Assembly (NCBI GenBank): GCA_029974225.1
Contig: JARKSP010000102.1
Location: 9,629 to 73,628, forward strand
DNA: 64,000 nucleotides
Source of the DNA: Erysipelotrichaceae bacterium
GTDB lineage: Bacteria; Bacillota_I; Bacilli_A; Erysipelotrichales; Erysipelotrichaceae
Direction of reading: 5' to 3'
Part shown: positions 55,957 to 64,000 of the stretch, one piece after another
Position numbering within the stretch: the stretch's first letter is position 1
How the letters are laid out: every line of letters begins with the position of its first letter
The notes under the pieces: model-generated
Seen by the model: only the letters and a program-made list of their open reading frames with translations
What the model was told of the DNA's origin: nothing
The model's database searches: none
Made by a program: the position numbers and the translations under genes

Positions 55957-56787
55957 TTACAACTGCTGCCTAATCATAGAATAAATCTTAATATAGTCTT
56001 GCAATTCTAAATGCTCGACTCTTGAAGCTGGATCTACTCCAAAATCTAACAGTTCTTGTTTATCGATGTTAAAACCATTGTTATTTAGATTTGTCAGAAT
56101 CATCTTTCTTCTTTGTGAGAAACAGGCTTTTACAATATCAAATAATAACTTTTCATCCTCTACTTTTTGGTAATTTTCCTTAATTTCAAATATCAATATT
56201 TCACTATCGACCTTAGGTACGGGAATAAAGTTGTTTTTACTGACCTTGGTCAGTGTTTTTATATCACAATAATACTCTGCCATAACCTGTAAAGCATTAT
56301 AGTCTTTTCCTTTTTCTTTTCTGGTAAATCTGTCAGCCACTTCCTTTTGCATCATAGCGATTATTCTATCAATCTTGTCACTGGATAATAATACTTTAGT
56401 CAGTAAATAAGTCGTAATATAATATGGCAGATTAGAGACTACTATTACTTTCTGACCATAAGAATCTGATATCTTGTCCAAATCAGCCTTTAAAAAATCT
56501 TCATTTATAATTTCTATGTTTCGATATTCTTTTAAATTATCATTTAAAATCTCGACCAGCTCTGTATCAATCTCATAAGCTATTACCTGCTTAGCTTTTA
56601 GTGCTGCTGCTTGAGTAATGGCTCCCAGCCCTGCTCCAATTTCGATGATAACGCTATCTTCATTTATCTGCTCAACCATCTTCTTTATGATGTTTGGCTC
56701 TACAAGAAAATTCTGGCCAAACTTTTTTTTAGCCCGGTAATTATGCTTTTTTAAAATATAATTGGTTTTTGACCTAGTGCCAATCAT
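55957..56787 (-). CDS. rsmA: 16S rRNA (adenine1518/1519-N6)-dimethyltransferase
   Basis: KKFGQNFL, the SAM motif IEIGAGLGA.T, and SNLPYYI. Confidence 0.9.
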   Translation of the reverse strand: MIGTRSKTNYILKKHNYRAKKKFGQNFLVEPNIIKKMVEQINEDSVIIEIGAGLGAITQAAALKAKQVIAYEIDTELVEILNDNLKEYRNIEIINEDFLKADLDKISDSYGQKVIVVSNLPYYITTYLLTKVLLSSDKIDRIIAMMQKEVADRFTRKEKGKDYNALQVMAEYYCDIKTLTKVSKNNFIPVPKVDSEILIFEIKENYQKVEDEKLLFDIVKACFSQRRKMILTNLNNNGFNIDKQELLDFGVDPASRVEHLELQDYIKIYSMIRQQL

Positions 56788-57307
56788 AATTATCCAATAT
56801 TCCCTTCAGCTGATCAAACCTGTAGCCCAGCATATTCAAATACCGGAAAAGTCTTTTGTTGTTGTTTTGACCAAGGTTCAGCTGTCCTGACAGATAATCT
56901 CTTTTATTTTTATTTTTCATCAGCCCCAGATTAAGATACTCGCTCCAACTGATGCTTTCTTTATCCGCTGTTATAGTTACAGCATTTTTTAAGGCTTCAA
57001 TCAGATCTTCATCTTTGACATATTCAATACCCACGTTTCTTTTTCCAATGGCTTTTTTCCTGTCAACAAAGACGTGTTTAATGTTTTTAACTTCACTGTT
57101 TATCAGATCTCTGATTTTATTTCCTGGGAAATCTGGATCAGTCAGCACGATAACACCATTATATTCACTGGCAGCCTTGATGGTTTTTAAAGCATCTGCC
57201 TTTAGTGCCAGACCATTAGTGCATAAAACATTGCAATCAAAAAGTTTTTCCACTTTTTCTTTATCGTGTTTACCTTCAACAACGATTAGCTCTTTCACTT
57301 TAATCAT
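56774..57307 (-). CDS. rnmV: ribonuclease M5 (TOPRIM)
   Basis: The ATG at 57307 gives MIKVKELIVVEGKHD...VLTDPDFPG. Conserved tatD-rnmV-rsmA order. Confidence 0.85.
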   Translation of the reverse strand: MIKVKELIVVEGKHDKEKVEKLFDCNVLCTNGLALKADALKTIKAASEYNGVIVLTDPDFPGNKIRDLINSEVKNIKHVFVDRKKAIGKRNVGIEYVKDEDLIEALKNAVTITADKESISWSEYLNLGLMKNKNKRDYLSGQLNLGQNNNKRLFRYLNMLGYRFDQLKGILDNYDWH

Positions 57308-58076
57308 TATTCGCTCCCATAAACCTTTGATAGTTGTCAATCAGCTGTAGCTGCAGTTTTTCTATTTCCATATTTTTCAGCTGAGCAATATATTCCCCGA
57401 CATAGCGAACATAGGAAGGCTGATTATCTTTTCCTCTAAAAGGAACCGGTGTCAGATAAGGACTGTCAGTTTCAATCATTATCTTATCCAAATCTACATT
57501 TACAGCATTTGTTTTAACCTTGCTGGCATTTTTAAAAGTTACAACTCCGGTAAAGGATATAAAGTAACCCAGCTTCTGATATTCTCTCATCATCTCTAAA
57601 GAATCAGAATAACAATGCATCAACACCCTGGTTTTAGCATACTGTTTTAAAGTATCGTAAGTATCTTTAGCAGCGCTTCTTGAATGGATGACAATCGGTT
57701 TATTAAATCTGTTAGCAATCTCAATCTGTTTGATAAGCAAGTCTTTTTGCTCTTTGGCAAATTCCCTAGTGTAGTAGTAATCTAAACCGATTTCTCCGAT
57801 AGCCTTAATCTGAGGATACTTTTCCAAGACAAAAACCAGAAAATCCAAATCTTCCTGCGTTATTTTTTCTGCACCCTGGGGATAGAAGCCAAAACTGATA
57901 TCCAGATTGGAATACTGCTTCTGTTTTTCCAGAGCATACATTAATTCTTCTTCACTACTGCAGATAACGTTGATAATAGCTACATCATTTTCTTTTGCTG
58001 CCTGCATATAGCCATCAAAATCATCCCTGTATCTTTCATCTGCCAGATGGCAGTGCGTATCTATCCAATATGTCAT
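57300..58076 (-). CDS. tatD: TatD-family metal-dependent hydrolase
   Basis: IDTHCHL, GEIGLDY, IHSR, ETDSPYL. Confidence 0.9.
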   Translation of the reverse strand: MTYWIDTHCHLADERYRDDFDGYMQAAKENDVAIINVICSSEEELMYALEKQKQYSNLDISFGFYPQGAEKITQEDLDFLVFVLEKYPQIKAIGEIGLDYYYTREFAKEQKDLLIKQIEIANRFNKPIVIHSRSAAKDTYDTLKQYAKTRVLMHCYSDSLEMMREYQKLGYFISFTGVVTFKNASKVKTNAVNVDLDKIMIETDSPYLTPVPFRGKDNQPSYVRYVGEYIAQLKNMEIEKLQLQLIDNYQRFMGANND

Positions 58077-58077
58077 C

Positions 58078-59409
58078 TTATTTACCTACACAGAATCTTG
58101 AGAAAATACCATCCAGCAGATCTTCTCTTGAGTATTCTCCTAATATTTCTTTTAAATATCTATAACTGTTTTGAATGTCTTCAGTAACCAGATCCAGCGG
58201 AACCTCATCGTTTAATGCCTGTAAAGCTGATTCCATTGACTGTCTGGCTCTTCTCATCAATGAAATCTGTCTTTCGTTTGTCAGAGCCGGCTGGGACAGG
58301 GCTATTCTATTGTCTTCAAACATTTCATTGATTTTATCAACCAGCTGGCTGATATCATTGTTGGAAGCTGAAATTGTTATGCCGTCAGCAGAAGTTCTAA
58401 TGTCCGATTTATTATAAACCACAATACGATTGTATTCTTTTGTTTCCTCTAACAGCTGATGATCTTCTTCATCAATATCCGAACTGTCTAGCACTACAAT
58501 AACCAGTTGTGCCTGTTCTAAGGCTTCCTTTGATTTTTTGATTCCCATCTGTTCAAGACTGCTGTCTGTTTCTCTGATTCCGGCTGTATCAATCAGATGC
58601 AAAGTTACATTACTTAACCTTACTTCTCCTTCGACCAGGTCTCTGGTAGTGCCGGCAATATCGGAAACTATCGCCTTGTCCTGATCCAGCAAGGCGTTAA
58701 GCAGGGAACTTTTACCGACATTTGGCTTTCCAACTATGACTGTTTTGATTCCTTCTTTTACCACAATACTGCTTTCAGCCACATTTAAAATGGTTTCACT
58801 TTCCTTTAGCCATTTCTCAACCAGTTCTTTTACCTGATTAGCAGTTATAATGCCGTTATCATCATATTCCGGATAATCAATGTTTACTTCAATATGGGCT
58901 ACACACTGCTCAACAGCATCAATCATCGGTTCTAAAAGTTTTCGAATACTGCCTGTCAGCGAGTTCATTGCCAGTTTGGCATTGTCTTTGTTGTCCGCTA
59001 CAATCAGATCGTTAATTGCTTCAGCCTGAGTCAGATCAATTTTTCCGTTAAGGAAAGCTCTTTTGGTAAATTCTCCCTTTAATGCCTGTCTGGCTCCATA
59101 ACTTAAACATAGGGTCAATATCTTTCTGGTCACATATAAGCCGCCATGACAGCTGATTTCAGCCATATCTTCACCGGTAAATGATCGAGGATTTCTAAAG
59201 GCGTTTACCAGAACCTCATCAACTTTTTCATTTGTCTCTGGATCAACAATAAATCCATAATAGATGCGATAGCCTTCATAGTTCTTGTCTTTACTGACAA
59301 AAATCCTATCAAGCACATCAAAACAGCTATCACCCGATAACCTGATTACATTTATAGCGGCAGCACTCAGTGTGCTGGTAGAAATCGCGACAATTGTATC
59401 ATTTAACAT
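58078..59409 (-). CDS. mnmE: tRNA modification GTPase MnmE
   Basis: I prefer the ATG at 59409 (GAGGAAAG upstream): MLNDTIVAISTS... G domain GKPNVGKSSLLN and DTAGIR, with a C-terminal CVGK. The track's longer start would overlap the upstream gene. Confidence 0.9.
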   Translation of the reverse strand: MLNDTIVAISTSTLSAAAINVIRLSGDSCFDVLDRIFVSKDKNYEGYRIYYGFIVDPETNEKVDEVLVNAFRNPRSFTGEDMAEISCHGGLYVTRKILTLCLSYGARQALKGEFTKRAFLNGKIDLTQAEAINDLIVADNKDNAKLAMNSLTGSIRKLLEPMIDAVEQCVAHIEVNIDYPEYDDNGIITANQVKELVEKWLKESETILNVAESSIVVKEGIKTVIVGKPNVGKSSLLNALLDQDKAIVSDIAGTTRDLVEGEVRLSNVTLHLIDTAGIRETDSSLEQMGIKKSKEALEQAQLVIVVLDSSDIDEEDHQLLEETKEYNRIVVYNKSDIRTSADGITISASNNDISQLVDKINEMFEDNRIALSQPALTNERQISLMRRARQSMESALQALNDEVPLDLVTEDIQNSYRYLKEILGEYSREDLLDGIFSRFCVGK

Positions 59410-59466
59410 AATTAACTTTCCTCGATACATATTGTACCATAACTGTTTGATGTTTTCATTGATAAA

Positions 59467-59490
59467 GAAAGGCCTTAAATAAAGCCTTTC
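59467..59490 (-). terminator. hairpin between the membrane-protein gene and mnmE
   Basis: GAAAGGC-N10-GCCTTTC. The flanks are U-rich on both strands. Confidence 0.4.
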
Positions 59491-59500
59491 TGTTTTGTTC

Positions 59501-60766
59501 TTATTTTTCTTCTTTTGCTTTTTCAGCAATTTCTACTGCCCAGTTGAAGAATTTGTTGGTTGCCAGATCTTCCACTGTCTTAATGTTGAAAGCTGCTTTA
59601 AGCAGTTTGGCATCATTTTCGGAAACTCCCCAGAGAGCATCAACCGGCGCTTTCATCAGTTCATCCAGAGGGAGAGATTTATATTTCTTAATTATCCATC
59701 TGTTTCTGTTCGGCAAATCTTTATCTTCAACAGCGGTTCCGTCTTTTTTCTTCACTGCTTTGGCTTTTTTAGACTCTTTAACTGTAGCTGCCTTTTCTGC
59801 CGTTTCATCAGACTTTTTAATTTTCTCTACCTTTTTCACTGCTTTTTCTGATTCCTTGATATCTTCTGTCGCTTTTTCTGATGATTCAGGTTCTTTGATT
59901 TTTTCTAACTCTTCTACAGCTGCTTCCGATTCTTTAATTTCTTCAACTTCCTTTACATCTGCTTCAGATTCTTTGCTTTCTTCTGTTTCTTTTTCAGCTT
60001 CCTCAGAATCCTTGATTAATCCTGCTTTTTCCGTGGTTTCTCCAGATTTTTTAATCTCTTCTACTTCTTCAGCAGTTTCCTCTGCTGGCTCTTCAGCTTT
60101 GTCTTTTGCAAATAATGGAAGAACAAAATAGAAACTCACCAGAGCAAAGCAGACAGTTATATGACCATAAAAGCCCACTGCTGCCATTGGTTTAATTAGC
60201 AATGTAACTGCAACCACTAGGGCAATTACTCCAAAAACTATGCCATAAATACCCGTTGGCTTCATCAGTTTTGCCAGTGATGTGAAAATAACTGCAGCCA
60301 TCACTAATGCTAAAACAATATTCAAAACGATATTTACCTGAAATAAGGATAAAATGAATACTGTAATAAAACCGAATGCTGAAATTGCGATGGCTTTTCT
60401 TTCTAAAACGAGCTGCACCGCTATTAGAACAAGCAAGCCTGCTAAAAGACTGGTCACAAAGACATAGGAGAATTTATTGAAATCAGCTACTTTAGCACTG
60501 GTAAAGAAACTGCAGACCGTTAGAATCAGATGCACAGCAATCAGATGATATAAAATCGAATATTTTTTATTTTCACAACCGCCTCTGGCAAAATGCATGA
60601 TAACCACCAACGATGCCAGCAATACCGCTAAGGCTAAAGTCATAATATAAATAAAATATGTCTTACCTGCTAAAAAAGCAATAATAGCTAAAGCTATTGC
60701 TATCATATTTAGCAATGAAACGACCTTTTCTGCTTTTTTAGGGTTCTTTAAAAATTCATATTTCAT
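59501..60766 (-). CDS. polytopic membrane protein with an acidic E/K repeat linker and a C-terminal ~45-aa helical (HhH-like) domain
   Basis: 421 aa with about 7 TM helices. The linker has reiterated (E/K)E(I/V)(E/K)KS.E..EKA units. The C-terminus LMKAPVDALWGVSENDAKLLKAAFNIKTVEDLATNKFF is paralogous to the 69-aa protein at 61482-61691. Confidence 0.55.
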   Translation of the reverse strand: MKYEFLKNPKKAEKVVSLLNMIAIALAIIAFLAGKTYFIYIMTLALAVLLASLVVIMHFARGGCENKKYSILYHLIAVHLILTVCSFFTSAKVADFNKFSYVFVTSLLAGLLVLIAVQLVLERKAIAISAFGFITVFILSLFQVNIVLNIVLALVMAAVIFTSLAKLMKPTGIYGIVFGVIALVVAVTLLIKPMAAVGFYGHITVCFALVSFYFVLPLFAKDKAEEPAEETAEEVEEIKKSGETTEKAGLIKDSEEAEKETEESKESEADVKEVEEIKESEAAVEELEKIKEPESSEKATEDIKESEKAVKKVEKIKKSDETAEKAATVKESKKAKAVKKKDGTAVEDKDLPNRNRWIIKKYKSLPLDELMKAPVDALWGVSENDAKLLKAAFNIKTVEDLATNKFFNWAVEIAEKAKEEK

Positions 60767-60769
60767 AGT

Positions 60770-61480
60770 CTACTCCTTTTCAAGGTCCTTAACATCAACC
60801 CATCCGTAAACCCCCTGGCCATCTAGCGATACCACGTGATATGGATGAGCAGCGTCTCTTGCGACATATGTTACCTTGCATCTGCTTCTTGGTCTATTAT
60901 TTGCCGGCTGCTTATAATATGAGCCATAGTAGACATTGCCACCCTTAAAGATGACAATATCACCGACATTCAGATTAGTATTAGTTACCAATGTTCTTAA
61001 CTGATGTTCATTTTCTTCTAAAATAAACAGGTTGGTTACCAATTCTTTTTGCTGCTCAGTAAGGTTTTCGTAAGCTTCTCTGGCAGCATTAATCGCATTT
61101 TCATCATGATTATTATCTAAGGCATTTATCAGATTAATAACATTCAGTGCTGCCTGATGATCCTTTAATGCTTGTAGCTGATTTTCAATTTCTTTCAGTT
61201 TTTCTAAAGTCGTTACTTTCTCTTTAGCTTCTAAAGGAAGCTTTTCATATCTTTCCCTAGCTTCAACAATCAGATTTTCTTCTTCCAAAGTTACAGGGTC
61301 ACTGATTGAGTTTACAAATTGATCAAACTCATTGGCTAAAATCAGATTTTCATCAATTTTCTCTTTTTTGAAATTGTCAATAAATGGCATTTTTATCGTT
61401 TCATCAACTTTGTTTAACCCCATTATGCCTAAAAACAATAAGGCAAGCAGTAATAAAAGTCCTAATATATGTTTCTTCAT
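60770..61480 (-). CDS. secreted protein with two helical repeats and a C-terminal SH3-like beta domain
   Basis: I prefer the ATG at 61480 (MKKHILGLLLLLALL signal). Repeats: A.E.YE.L...(Q)KE.VT.L..L.E.E.QL. C-terminus: GDIVIFKGGNVYYGS...HPYHVVSLDGQGVYGWVDVKDL. Confidence 0.5.
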   Translation of the reverse strand: MKKHILGLLLLLALLFLGIMGLNKVDETIKMPFIDNFKKEKIDENLILANEFDQFVNSISDPVTLEEENLIVEARERYEKLPLEAKEKVTTLEKLKEIENQLQALKDHQAALNVINLINALDNNHDENAINAAREAYENLTEQQKELVTNLFILEENEHQLRTLVTNTNLNVGDIVIFKGGNVYYGSYYKQPANNRPRSRCKVTYVARDAAHPYHVVSLDGQGVYGWVDVKDLEKE

Positions 61481-61481
61481 C

Positions 61482-61691
61482 TTATTTACCTTTTGCCTCT
61501 TCATATAAAATTTTTGCCCTTTTGAAATACTTCAGATTCGCCATTTCCTCGATATTGTCTATCCCAAAAGCTTCTTTCATTTTTTCTTTATCTTTTTCTG
61601 ATACACCCTGCAATGCATCAATAGGAGCTTTTAACAGTTCTTTGGCACTTTTTCCTTCATATTCCTTGTCTAACCAATTTTTATTTATCAT
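61482..61691 (-). CDS. small cytoplasmic protein consisting of the same ~45-aa helical (HhH-like) domain
   Basis: 69 aa with strong SD AGGAGGGGG. LLKAPIDALQGVSEKDKEKMKEAFGIDNIEEMANLKYF parallels the C-terminus of the 421-aa protein. Confidence 0.55.
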   Translation of the reverse strand: MINKNWLDKEYEGKSAKELLKAPIDALQGVSEKDKEKMKEAFGIDNIEEMANLKYFKRAKILYEEAKGK

Positions 61692-61842
61692 TTTTCCCCC
61701 TCCTATTTATGTATTTATTTTATGTTATTTATACCTTTTTCACAAGTTTTTCGGGGTTGATTTTTGCTAACTTTTTTTATTATATTAGATAGGGAAAGGC
61801 ATAGCATTAAAAGATGAGTTGTATTGCAGCAGGTGAATGTAA

Positions 61843-62325
61843 ATGACAAATAAAAAAATAAAAAATATCTTCATAATTACTGGTGTCATTATTTCTTTAA
61901 TGTTACTGTCATTATATATGGTTTTTATTCGAGGCTTTTATGCTTCCAGTGACAAGGTGGTTGGCCCCTATACCGGTTCAGCCAGCATTGATGAATATCT
62001 CAAGTATGAAGAGTGGCAGATTGGTGAAAATCAATATGGGCAGCCAGTTTTTTTTGACCCTCATAAAGCTTTCGAGTTTGCCAAAGAGCAGTATGCAGAA
62101 GCAATCAGCCTTGTCTATGACAGTTTCAATGAAGAGTATCAGGTAGGAGAATTTAGTGAAAGCAATTATCAGTTGTATAAACTGTTAGGCTGGCAGATTC
62201 CGGCTGCTGATGAGGAAATAAGAAAACAGGGAGTTAAATTAACTCAGTTTTTAGATATTTACGAAAACAGCTTTAAAAGATGGATCTATGTGCCAGGAAT
62301 TGGCTGGGAAAGAATATGTCCTTAA
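61843..62325 (+). CDS. hypothetical membrane-anchored protein
   Basis: 160 aa with an N-terminal TM helix. No family recognised. Confidence 0.45.
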   Translation: MTNKKIKNIFIITGVIISLMLLSLYMVFIRGFYASSDKVVGPYTGSASIDEYLKYEEWQIGENQYGQPVFFDPHKAFEFAKEQYAEAISLVYDSFNEEYQVGEFSESNYQLYKLLGWQIPAADEEIRKQGVKLTQFLDIYENSFKRWIYVPGIGWERICP

Positions 62326-62430
62326 GTTACAGTTGCTGAAATAATTGCTGTTTTAGTTTTCAATCTCCGGTGTAATTTGAAAATGATTTATACTATTGTT
62401 ATAATTTAATCAATAATAGGTAATGACGAT

Positions 62431-62793
62431 ATGAAACTTCAGGAATCAGCAGAAAATTATTTAGAAACTATTCTGGTTCTTTCTAAAAAGAACTCTTTTG
62501 TTCGTTCTATTGATATTGCTGATGCTTTAAATTTTTCTAAACCGAGCGTCAGTGTGGCAATGAAAAAACTTACTCAGGGCGGTTTTATCACCGTTGGTAA
62601 AGACGGTGCCATCACTTTAACTGAAAAAGGATTAAAGATTGCTGAAAAGGTCTATGACCGCCATGTCTTTCTTACCAATTGGCTGATCAGCATTGGTGTT
62701 GATGAAGGTATCGCCAGTGAAGATGCCTGCAGAATGGAGCATATCATCAGCCAGCAGACTATCGAAGCACTAAAAAAGAATTATGGAAAATAA
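62431..62793 (+). CDS. DtxR/MntR-family metal-dependent transcriptional regulator (short form)
   Basis: ESAENYLETILVL.....VRSIDIA..L.FSKPSVS.AMKKL...G and the EDAC.MEH region. Confidence 0.8.
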   Translation: MKLQESAENYLETILVLSKKNSFVRSIDIADALNFSKPSVSVAMKKLTQGGFITVGKDGAITLTEKGLKIAEKVYDRHVFLTNWLISIGVDEGIASEDACRMEHIISQQTIEALKKNYGK

Positions 62794-62871
62794 TCCTTTT
62801 TTAAAATACATTTGAAAATTTTATAAAAAGTCCCCGAAAAGTATTCAGGGATTTTCTTTATCATATAATGC

Positions 62872-63456
62872 TTACTTTTGTTTTCTTAAAAAGACTTCAT
62901 TAGTATCAGCATTCATTCCATCAACAATCGCCAATGATTCCAGATGATATCCCAGGTTTCTGATAATTGTCCCTCCTGGCTGAAATCCTTTTTCTATTGC
63001 TATTGCAATGCCCACAATTTTGGCTTTAGCCTGTTTAATAATAGATATCAAACCCTGCAGAGCACAGCCATTGGCTAAAAAATCATCAACAATCAAAATG
63101 TTTTCATCTTCATTAATGAATTTTTTAGAAACTATCACCTGGTTTTTAACCTTATGCGTAAACGATTCAACATCGGCAATATAGACTTCGCCATCAATAT
63201 TGACACTTTTAGCTTTTTTGGCAAAAACTACCGGCACATTAAAATATCTGGCTACTGCAAAGGCAATCGCAATGCCGCTGGCTTCAATTGTTACAACCTT
63301 ATCGACCTTTTTGTCTTTAAATCTTTCATAGAATTCCTTGCCCATTTCATCTAAAAGGTTAATGTCCATCTGATGATTTAAAAAGCTGTCAACCTTTAGA
63401 ACATTTCCCGGTTTTACAATGCCATCCTTTAAAATTCTTTTTTCTAAACAATTCAT
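62872..63456 (-). CDS. xpt: xanthine phosphoribosyltransferase
   Basis: The ATG at 63456 (AGAGG upstream) gives M..LEKRILKDG.V..GNVLKVDSFLNHQMD. PRPP loop ILIVDDFLANG. Confidence 0.85.
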   Translation of the reverse strand: MNCLEKRILKDGIVKPGNVLKVDSFLNHQMDINLLDEMGKEFYERFKDKKVDKVVTIEASGIAIAFAVARYFNVPVVFAKKAKSVNIDGEVYIADVESFTHKVKNQVIVSKKFINEDENILIVDDFLANGCALQGLISIIKQAKAKIVGIAIAIEKGFQPGGTIIRNLGYHLESLAIVDGMNADTNEVFLRKQK

Positions 63457-63645
63457 ATTCAAACCTCTAGTATAATAATATACTACTGTTTTTAGTAAAT
63501 ACAAAGAAAATAATTGTTTCTATTACTAACTTCTACTCTTTGCATTACCATTTATCTTATTTTCTGTAAAATTTTTCTATCTGGAACAGATGTGATAGAA
63601 TTGAATCGTAGTTAATAATGTTTGATAAATCTCAGGAGGGCAATA

Positions 63646-64000
63646 TGGATCAAAAGAAATTTGACCAGCTGGTCAGTACGTTTCAAAAATCTCTTGATAA
63701 AGATAGCAATCATCTTCAGATGCATTCATTGGCGATTAAGCAGAGTGACGATTGTTTTCTATACCGCTTTAACCAGCGCAGCGAGCCTTCAGATGTCAGA
63801 AGCCTAAGCAAAACCATTATGGCACTTGCGACCGGTAAAGTCTTTGAGCTTTCCAGAGAGGGCTCTTATCCTGAATTTAATCTAGACACTTTGATTTTAC
63901 CTATTATTGAAGATTTCATTAATCTGTCCAATCAGGATAACCTGAAATATTTAAATAAGATTAAAGTCAGACATCTTCTGACTCACACTGTTGGCTATGA
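63646..64000 (+). CDS. serine hydrolase (beta-lactamase/transpeptidase-like family), 5' part only
   Basis: ATG at 63646 with GGAGG upstream. Contains the SxxK motif (RSLSKTIMALATG). The ORF is open to the window end. Confidence 0.55.

Noticed and set aside
59410-59529. N-terminal 40-codon extension of mnmE in the ORF track. Similar extensions occur for the genes ending at 14172, 15056, 45049, 51674, 53258, 57340, 61504 and 63504.
   Set aside because: The extensions lack an SD, overlap upstream genes or terminators, or add residues not typical of the families. Internal ATGs with good SDs match the conserved N-termini.
59495-60131. 118-aa and 195-aa plus-strand ORFs opposite the acidic linker of the 421-aa membrane protein.
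   Set aside because: These Ser/Phe-rich low-complexity translations are the antisense of GAA/AAA-rich repeats. They have no SD and overlap a well-supported minus-strand gene.

Overview
AT-rich, gene-dense chromosomal segment of a low-GC Gram-positive bacterium (Bacillota; possibly Erysipelotrichia-like, but that is only an inference from gene order). About 70 genes, mostly on the minus strand and mostly housekeeping. They include dagK, mtnA-udp, pullulanase, dut, a complete pho locus (pstSCAB-phoU-phoP-phoR), gpsA, rnr, secG-smpB-ppiB, dusB-hslO-ftsH-hpt-tilS, hsp20, prs-glmU-ispE, rsmA-rnmV-tatD-mnmE and xpt. The only recognisable RNA gene is tmRNA (ssrA, 11570-11922, minus), which lies next to a multiply disrupted ATPase pseudogene. 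I found no tRNA, rRNA, CRISPR array, transposase or integrase. The best lead is the 28.1-30.5 kb locus between the divergent rnr and secG-smpB. It holds a DUF2828-type helical+vWA protein (the same two-module layout as Ro60: TROVE plus vWA). Upstream are two paralogous copies of a structured RNA element. Copy 1 looks like a stand-alone ~155-nt sRNA with its own promoter and intrinsic terminator. Copy 2 is the mRNA leader and ends a few nt before the Shine-Dalgarno (SD) sequence. A small acidic/Cys-His-Gly-rich protein follows. Secondary leads: an operon of a 1048-aa FG-GAP repeat protein with an ABC transporter; a MazF/PemK-like protein with a coiled-coil N-terminal extension and no antitoxin gene; an accessory insertion between ispE and rsmA that includes a protein of 10 exact 40-aa repeats; a tandem CIRCE pair at hsp20; a three-gene operon sharing a ~45-aa domain; an E2-like acyltransferase lacking its catalytic His; and two small genes each with an in-frame TAA just after the start codon. 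All product calls come from reading motifs by eye. No database search was run.
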